From an uncultured Isosphaeraceae bacterium (GTDB taxonomy: Bacteria > Planctomycetota > Phycisphaerae > Phycisphaerales > SM1A02): a stretch of 49,803 nucleotides of DNA. Made by a program: the position numbers and the translations under genes. This document shows positions 45,167 to 49,803 of the stretch, one piece after another. Location of the stretch: NCBI GenBank assembly GCA_964417845.1, contig CAYQJN010000003.1, positions 1 to 49,803 on the forward strand, given 5' to 3'. The notes under the pieces are model-generated. The model saw nothing but the letters and a program-made list of their open reading frames with translations, searched no databases and had not been told where the DNA came from. Every line of letters starts with the position of its first letter. Positions within the stretch are counted from its first letter, which is position 1.

Positions 45167-45385
45167 TCAGTGGCCTGCGCAGCCGCAGCCTCCTCCGCAG
45201 CATCCTCCACCAGAAGCAGAACGATCGGGCGCGGTACTCCCATCGACGGTGAAGAGGCTCTGGACACGCTCGAAACTGCGACCCGTGCCTTCTGGATCGT
45301 CGACTGGCGCATCCGCGTCACGCATGGGTCGAAGCAGGGTCACGAGTGATCCGTCCTCAATACAGCGGTATTCGTACAGTGGCAT
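45167..45385 (-). CDS. FmdB-family zinc-ribbon-like small protein with degenerate Cys ligands and Gly/Cys-rich tail
   Basis: MPLYEYRC... is the N-terminal signature of the CxxC_CxxC_SSSS (FmdB) family. Tail is GGGCCGGGCGCAGH. Last gene of the CBS/CGL minus-strand run. Confidence 0.65.
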   Translation of the reverse strand: MPLYEYRCIEDGSLVTLLRPMRDADAPVDDPEGTGRSFERVQSLFTVDGSTAPDRSASGGGCCGGGCGCAGH

Positions 45386-45406
45386 GGTCTGCTCCTCGGA
45401 TATCCC

Positions 45407-46612
45407 TCACGCGATGGCGTCGAGCGCCAGGTTGAGGTCGGCGATGAGATCGTCGCAGTCCTCGATCCCCACCGAAAGGCGAACAAGCGTATCGTCGATG
45501 CCCAACGCGGCGCGGTCTTCGGCAGGCACCGAGGCATGGGTCATGATGGCGGGGTGATTCACCAGTGATTCGACGCCACCGAGCGACTCAGCCAGCGTGA
45601 AGATGCGAACCGCCTCCAGGAATCGCCGGCAGCCGTCGAGATCGGTGTCGAGGGTGATGGTGATCATCCCTCCGCCAGCGGGCTGGCCTTCAATCATCAT
45701 CTGTCGGTTCGACAGGTCGTGTTGTGGATGCGATGGCAGCTCCGGGTAGATGACCTGCCTGACCCGTGGGTGGGCTTCGAGCATCTTTGCGATGGTCGCC
45801 GCAGAGGCGCAGTGCCTTCTCATTCGGAGATCCAGCGTTTTGATGCCTCGGAGCACCAGGTAAGAGTCGAATGGTCCCAGGACGCTGCCGACGGAGTTCT
45901 GATGGAATCGGATTGTCTCAGAGATCTCGGAGTCGCCTGTGACGAGGATTCCCGCTACGACGTCGCTGTGGCCTCCCAGGTACTTGGTGGCCGAGTGCAT
46001 CACCACATCGATGCCGTGCTCCAGTGGTCGCTGTAGCATCGGTGTTGCAAACGTGTTGTCGCAGGCTGAGAGGATGCCGTTTGATTTCGCGATCGCGGCA
46101 ATGGCGCCCAGGTCCGCCAGCTTCAGCATTGGATTGGTGGGAGTCTCCACCCAGATCAACCGGGTCTCAGGGCGAATGGCTGCGGCCACCGCATCCGGAT
46201 CGGAGAGATCCGCGAAGTCGAACTGGAGATTCTGTGATCGGCTTCGCACCTGCCGGAACAGGCGGTGGGTCCCACCGTAGAGATCGTCCATCGCCAGCAC
46301 GCGATCACCTGCTGAGAGGGTGTCAAGCAGGCAGGAGATGGCCGCCAGGCCGCTGGAGAACGCGAATCCTCCGAAGGAGGCGTCGTCCTCCTCGGTGAGC
46401 TTCGATCCCTCCAGGCGTGCAATGGACCGTTCGAGGGCGTAGCGGGTGGGGTTATGGCTTCGCGTGTACTCGTATCCGCGGTGGACGCCAGGTGACGCCT
46501 GCGCATACGTGGAACTGAGATAGACGGGAGGCATGACGGCCCCGGTGGTGGGGCAGGTCGTCTGGCCGGCGTGAACGGCTTGTGTTCCGAGCCGTGAGGC
46601 GTTGGTGGCCAT
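45407..46612 (-). CDS. Cys/Met-metabolism PLP enzyme, cystathionine gamma-lyase/gamma-synthase family
   Basis: YTRSHNPTR, DDLYGGT, and HSATKYLGGHSDVVAG carrying the PLP Lys. 401 aa. The start is separated by 1 nt from the CBS stop. Confidence 0.88.
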   Translation of the reverse strand: MATNASRLGTQAVHAGQTTCPTTGAVMPPVYLSSTYAQASPGVHRGYEYTRSHNPTRYALERSIARLEGSKLTEEDDASFGGFAFSSGLAAISCLLDTLSAGDRVLAMDDLYGGTHRLFRQVRSRSQNLQFDFADLSDPDAVAAAIRPETRLIWVETPTNPMLKLADLGAIAAIAKSNGILSACDNTFATPMLQRPLEHGIDVVMHSATKYLGGHSDVVAGILVTGDSEISETIRFHQNSVGSVLGPFDSYLVLRGIKTLDLRMRRHCASAATIAKMLEAHPRVRQVIYPELPSHPQHDLSNRQMMIEGQPAGGGMITITLDTDLDGCRRFLEAVRIFTLAESLGGVESLVNHPAIMTHASVPAEDRAALGIDDTLVRLSVGIEDCDDLIADLNLALDAIA

Positions 46613-46613
46613 G

Positions 46614-48014
46614 TCAGGTGCTCAACTGCTTCCGAAGGTGATTGATGAGATCGATGCGGGTGATCAGGCCGAGATATCGCTCGCCGTCCATGACGATGGC
46701 AACACGATCGGCTCGGAAGATTGGAATCAGGTCATCGATTGACTGGTCCGGAGAGACCGTCTCCAGATTGCGTGTCATGAAGTCGGAGACCGGCCGGGTG
46801 AAGCCCTCGGCGTCCCTGGTGATCGCCAACAGGACATCAGACTCATCGAGGATGCCAATGAGTTGCTCAGACGCATCCAGGACCGCCATCTGGCTGACGT
46901 CGTACAGACGCATCATCTTGACGGCCTGAATGACAGGCAGTGACGGGGCGAGGGTCCAGTCTTCGCGATCGTCATGCCGCCGCGTGATGAGATCCCTTAG
47001 GTCTCCAGCGGGCCTCGGGCAGAGGAACCCCTGATCGCGCATCCAATAGTCGTTGAACATCCGGCCGAGGTACTTGGAGCCATGATCGCAGACGAACGTT
47101 ACCACGGTCTTCGGTTCGGTCTGGCGTCTGCACCACCGAAGCGCGGCCGCCAACAATGTGCCGGTGGATGATCCTCCCAGCACGCCCTCGTGCTGAAGCA
47201 ATTCCCGCGCTGCCTGGAATGCGTCGGCGTCGGTCACACTGATGGCTTCGTCGATGATGTCAAGGTTGGAGACCGGAGGAACGAAGTCTTCTCCAATGCC
47301 CTCGACAAGCCAGCTTCCTGGTTCGGTCATCTCCCCACAATTGATGAGGTCCGCCAGGATGGAACCGGTGGGATCGGCCAGCACAATCTGGAGGTCTGGC
47401 TGCTGGCGCTTGAGGTAGCCGCCCGCGCCTGCAAGGGTCCCGCCGGAGCCGATGCCGCCAACGAAGGCATCTATACGGCCTTCGGTCTGCGCCCAGATCT
47501 CAGGTCCGGTTGTCTCGGCGTGCGCCGCAGCATTGGCAGGGTTCTCGAACTGATTGACGTAGAAGCCGCCGCGCTCTGAGGCGATTCGTTCAGCCACCTC
47601 CTGGTAATACTCCGGATGGCCCTTCTGGACGTCGGACCGCGTGAGCACGACTTCGGCGCCTAGAGCTCGGAGGTGTGAGATCTTGGCTTCGCTCATCTTG
47701 TCCGGTACCACCACCGTCACGGAGTAGCCACGCAAGCCGCCGACGAGTGCCAATGCGATCCCCGTGTTTCCGGCAGTTGCTTCCACGATGTGGCCGCCCG
47801 GCTTCAGGTCGCCCGACTGCTCCGCGGCATTGATCATCGACACAGCGATGCGGTCCTTGATGGAGCTCCCCGGATTCTGGGATTCGAACTTGAGGAGCAG
47901 CCGGCAGGGGCCCGTGTCGAGATTGCGAACCTCAAGCATGGGCGTATGGCCGATCATGGACTCCAGATCGGTATGGATGCGGGGCGTCAGATCTGTATCA
48001 GAAGCGTGCGTCAT
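46614..48014 (-). CDS. Cystathionine beta-synthase (cysteine-synthase fold plus tandem CBS domains)
   Basis: LLKFESQNPGSSIKDRI carries the PLP Lys. Also EATAGNTGIALA and GIGSGGTLAG. C-terminal CBS pair (VKMMRLYDVSQMAVLD...; RADRVAIVMDGERYLGLITRIDLI). Confidence 0.88.
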   Translation of the reverse strand: MTHASDTDLTPRIHTDLESMIGHTPMLEVRNLDTGPCRLLLKFESQNPGSSIKDRIAVSMINAAEQSGDLKPGGHIVEATAGNTGIALALVGGLRGYSVTVVVPDKMSEAKISHLRALGAEVVLTRSDVQKGHPEYYQEVAERIASERGGFYVNQFENPANAAAHAETTGPEIWAQTEGRIDAFVGGIGSGGTLAGAGGYLKRQQPDLQIVLADPTGSILADLINCGEMTEPGSWLVEGIGEDFVPPVSNLDIIDEAISVTDADAFQAARELLQHEGVLGGSSTGTLLAAALRWCRRQTEPKTVVTFVCDHGSKYLGRMFNDYWMRDQGFLCPRPAGDLRDLITRRHDDREDWTLAPSLPVIQAVKMMRLYDVSQMAVLDASEQLIGILDESDVLLAITRDAEGFTRPVSDFMTRNLETVSPDQSIDDLIPIFRADRVAIVMDGERYLGLITRIDLINHLRKQLST

Positions 48015-48034
48015 GAGGTGTGCAGTCTAGTGCG

Positions 48035-48059
48035 ACCGCATGAATTCGGCACCGCATGA
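48035..48059 (-). promoter_or_regulatory. Direct repeat ACCGCATGA x2 (16-nt register), 21-45 nt upstream of the CBS start; candidate operator or promoter element
   Basis: The identical 9-mer occurs at 48035..48043 and at 48051..48059, in the 131-nt intergenic region. Confidence 0.3.
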
Positions 48060-48089
48060 AGGCGGTCCTGAAGGGCTGATGAAAACGAC

Positions 48090-48121
48090 AGGACCGGGAC
48101 GAGTGAACTCGTCCCGGTCCT
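48090..48121 (-). terminator. Intrinsic terminator of the DUF1559-like gene
   Basis: Perfect 14-bp stem AGGACCGGGACGAG / CTCGTCCCGGTCCT with loop TGAA, 25 nt after the stop at 48146. On the minus-strand transcript it is followed by GUCGUUUUCAUC. Confidence 0.8.
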
Positions 48122-48145
48122 GAGAAATCCGCCATGACTGGGGAA

Positions 48146-49423
48146 TCAGTTACCGAGGCTCGAGCGGCCCCGAATGCCGTCAACCTCGTGCGTGTGCACG
48201 CCTGCAGAACCTTCGTGGTCGGTCCAGAAGGAATGGTTGAGCATGTAGGCCAGGTTGCCATCGGCCGAGCCGTTGTGGAACAGGCCGTTCTGAGCAGCGT
48301 TCGTGCCACCAGAGGCGTAGGAATTGTCCTGCTTGGCCTTCATAATCGAGAGCGTGCCCGTGGAACCATCGAAGTTCGCCACGACTGGCTCCGATTCATA
48401 GTGAGCGTTGAAGAGGTAGGGGGAGCATCCGTTGTAGTTGAGCGCGTCTGGATCGGAAGGATCCATGAAGGTGCCCTCGAAGACGGGCGGGGATGCGCAG
48501 TCAAACGTGGCGTTCTGGAGCATGGGATGCTCGCAGAGGAACGTCTTGAGATTGCCGTACTTGGCCATGCCCATGGAGGGCTGGCGGAAGCCGCGGGCAA
48601 ACGTCATCGGGTCGCGCCAGTTGCCACGCTGCCAGACCTTCGGATTGACCATGGCGCTTGGAGAGAAGCTGTAGGTACTCGGAACGCCACGCATCGCGCC
48701 CACGCTTCCGGACACGCCAGCGCTGCCCCTCCAAGTGAGGTCATCTTCGATGGTGTTGCACATGTCCTGAACGTTGTCCCAGCAATCGTGCTTCTTGAGC
48801 AGATCGATGGTGGCACCGTCCTTGGGTGCGAAGTAGATGTGCGACAGGGGACCACCCAGTTCTGTGGAGCACTGATAGGTATTGGGGAATCGCCACGTGC
48901 CGATGCCCGCGTCCTTTGCCTGGAACGGGGAGCCTGGCGTCTGGACCGTGTGGCCTCCGGTGTTGCCGGGGTGGGAACTGTGCCAGGTGTAGGGCAGAAT
49001 CAGGTCTGCGGCGCCGGAACCGCCCCAGGCCCATGAGTAGTCTTCGCCGCCGGCACCCCAGTTGACGCCGACGCTCTGGTCGAACCAACCATGGGAGCTG
49101 ACAGCCTGCCACCAGATGCCCAGCGTCTGAACGGCACTGCGGCCGGCTTTGAACGCGGGATTTGGAGCGGCGTTTGGATTGAGGAAGTTGACGTTGAACT
49201 CGGACAGATCTTCGGGGGTGCCGGTCCAAAGCTTGCCGTACTTCGTCTCATAGGCCTTCATGCCCATGTGGATCTGCTTGACGTTGATCTTGGACTCGTT
49301 GAGCATGGCCGCTTGCCTGGCGGAATTGACCGCAGGCAGGATGAGCCCGACGAGCAGGGCGATGATGGTGACCACGACCATCAGCTCGACGAGCGTGAAG
49401 CCGGATCGCTTGGTGTTGTTCAT
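48146..49423 (-). CDS. Prepilin-type N-terminal cleavage/methylation domain protein, DUF1559-like (planctomycete family)
   Basis: ORF trimmed to the ATG at 49423 (GGAAGG upstream). MNNTKRSG|FTLVELMVVVTIIALLVGLILPAVNSARQAAMLNESKINVKQIHMG matches the DUF1559 N-terminal pattern. The C-terminal HEGSAGVHTHEVDG only loosely resembles the H-x9-DG end motif. Confidence 0.75.
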   Translation of the reverse strand: MNNTKRSGFTLVELMVVVTIIALLVGLILPAVNSARQAAMLNESKINVKQIHMGMKAYETKYGKLWTGTPEDLSEFNVNFLNPNAAPNPAFKAGRSAVQTLGIWWQAVSSHGWFDQSVGVNWGAGGEDYSWAWGGSGAADLILPYTWHSSHPGNTGGHTVQTPGSPFQAKDAGIGTWRFPNTYQCSTELGGPLSHIYFAPKDGATIDLLKKHDCWDNVQDMCNTIEDDLTWRGSAGVSGSVGAMRGVPSTYSFSPSAMVNPKVWQRGNWRDPMTFARGFRQPSMGMAKYGNLKTFLCEHPMLQNATFDCASPPVFEGTFMDPSDPDALNYNGCSPYLFNAHYESEPVVANFDGSTGTLSIMKAKQDNSYASGGTNAAQNGLFHNGSADGNLAYMLNHSFWTDHEGSAGVHTHEVDGIRGRSSLGN

Positions 49424-49803
49424 GGCGGGAAACCTTCCAGTTGTGCATCGATCGACCACCGATCAATGCGCTGTCGGATCGTCAGTTGAGTCCGAGCGAC
49501 CCTTCACCATACCGCGAACCGACCGCGGTAGTGGATTCCAGTGGCAGACTTCTGCGGCCAGAACACGACCGCCCACGCCGTACGGCACGGGCCACGGGAT
49601 CAGGATTCGTCGGATCCGACTGCTCGGATCCATATGTTCAGCGGGCGAAGAGACGTGCGACCGGTGCCCGCTGCGGCATGATCTCCGCCCAGAAAGGCGA
49701 AACCGGTCACCTGAAGGATGCCCGAGAAGATGGTCACTGTCAACCGCCGAGTCGTGAATCTGGCCCCATTCAGCCCGCGCAAAGCTCCCCGGAATCAGGT
49801 CCC

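Noticed and set aside
48134-49036. Long antisense ORFs in the track. Examples: 48134..49036 (+), 15206..16030 (+), 16891..17718 (+), 35390..36337 (+), 43767..44552 (-), 42461..43141 (-), 37755..38438 (-), 23840..24556 (+), 30274..30993 (+), 8438..9103 (-).
   Set aside because: Each lies opposite a gene with unambiguous family motifs. Their translations are Arg/Pro/Gly/Ser-rich and low in complexity, as expected for shadow frames in high-G+C DNA. No motifs were recognised.
49463-49803. Minus-strand frame open from the right edge to a TGA at 49465..49463. Its translation is ..RILIPWPVPYGVGGRVLAAEVCHWNPLPRSVRGMVKG.. . Small ORFs 49600..49782 (-) and 49260..49757 (+) were also considered.
   Set aside because: No recognisable motif. 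The composition is Arg/Ser/His-rich, and third-position G+C is weaker than in neighbouring real genes. I cannot tell whether it is the C-terminus of an off-window gene, so the region is left unannotated.
1-49803. Search by eye for CRISPR arrays, tRNA/rRNA genes, IS elements, integrases, phage or toxin-antitoxin/defence modules, and for compositional islands.
   Set aside because: None seen. The intergenic regions are short (all under about 230 nt) and none folds obviously into a cloverleaf. No spaced direct-repeat arrays were found. There are no transposase or recombinase motifs and no obvious low-G+C patch.

Overview
This is a high-G+C, very gene-dense chromosomal segment with about 45 protein-coding genes. 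Many same-strand neighbours overlap by 1-4 nt, and several convergent pairs have overlapping 3' ends. All family assignments come from motif recognition by eye; no search was run. The gene content looks planctomycetal, possibly Phycisphaerae-like (inference). Supporting signs are a DUF1559-like prepilin protein, PEP-CTERM tails of the V/IPAP type, dockerin-like C-terminal tails, a translationally coupled ECF sigma / Ser-Thr kinase pair, and a cell-wall/division cluster that stops at ftsQ with no ftsA/ftsZ. Housekeeping genes recognised are: an inositol monophosphatase family protein, a sarcosine/N-methyltryptophan oxidase-like flavoenzyme, a PhoX/DUF839 phosphatase, a lipid kinase, pheA, recQ, greA, a YtoQ-family protein, Ppx/GppA, two MFS transporters, cls, ftsQ-ddl-murB-murC, a sigma-54 enhancer-binding response regulator, DDAH, lptF/lptG-like permeases, fliW-csrA, and a cystathionine beta-synthase / gamma-lyase pair. 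I recognised no rRNA, tRNA, CRISPR array, transposase, integrase or phage genes. The most unusual content is accessory and extracytoplasmic. (1) Three secreted proteins carry 11 copies of a six-cysteine module of about 37-46 aa that I cannot assign to a named family. (2) A shared dockerin-like C-terminal tail sits on those three proteins and on a secreted agmatine-deiminase/PAD-like enzyme. (3) A four-gene pseudopilin operon is tightly overlapped and includes a 505-aa GspK-like protein with a beta-helix-like body. (4) The ftsQ-like gene is followed by cardiolipin synthase where ftsA/ftsZ normally sit. A partial lysyl-endopeptidase-like gene at the left edge is missing from the ORF track because it runs off the window.
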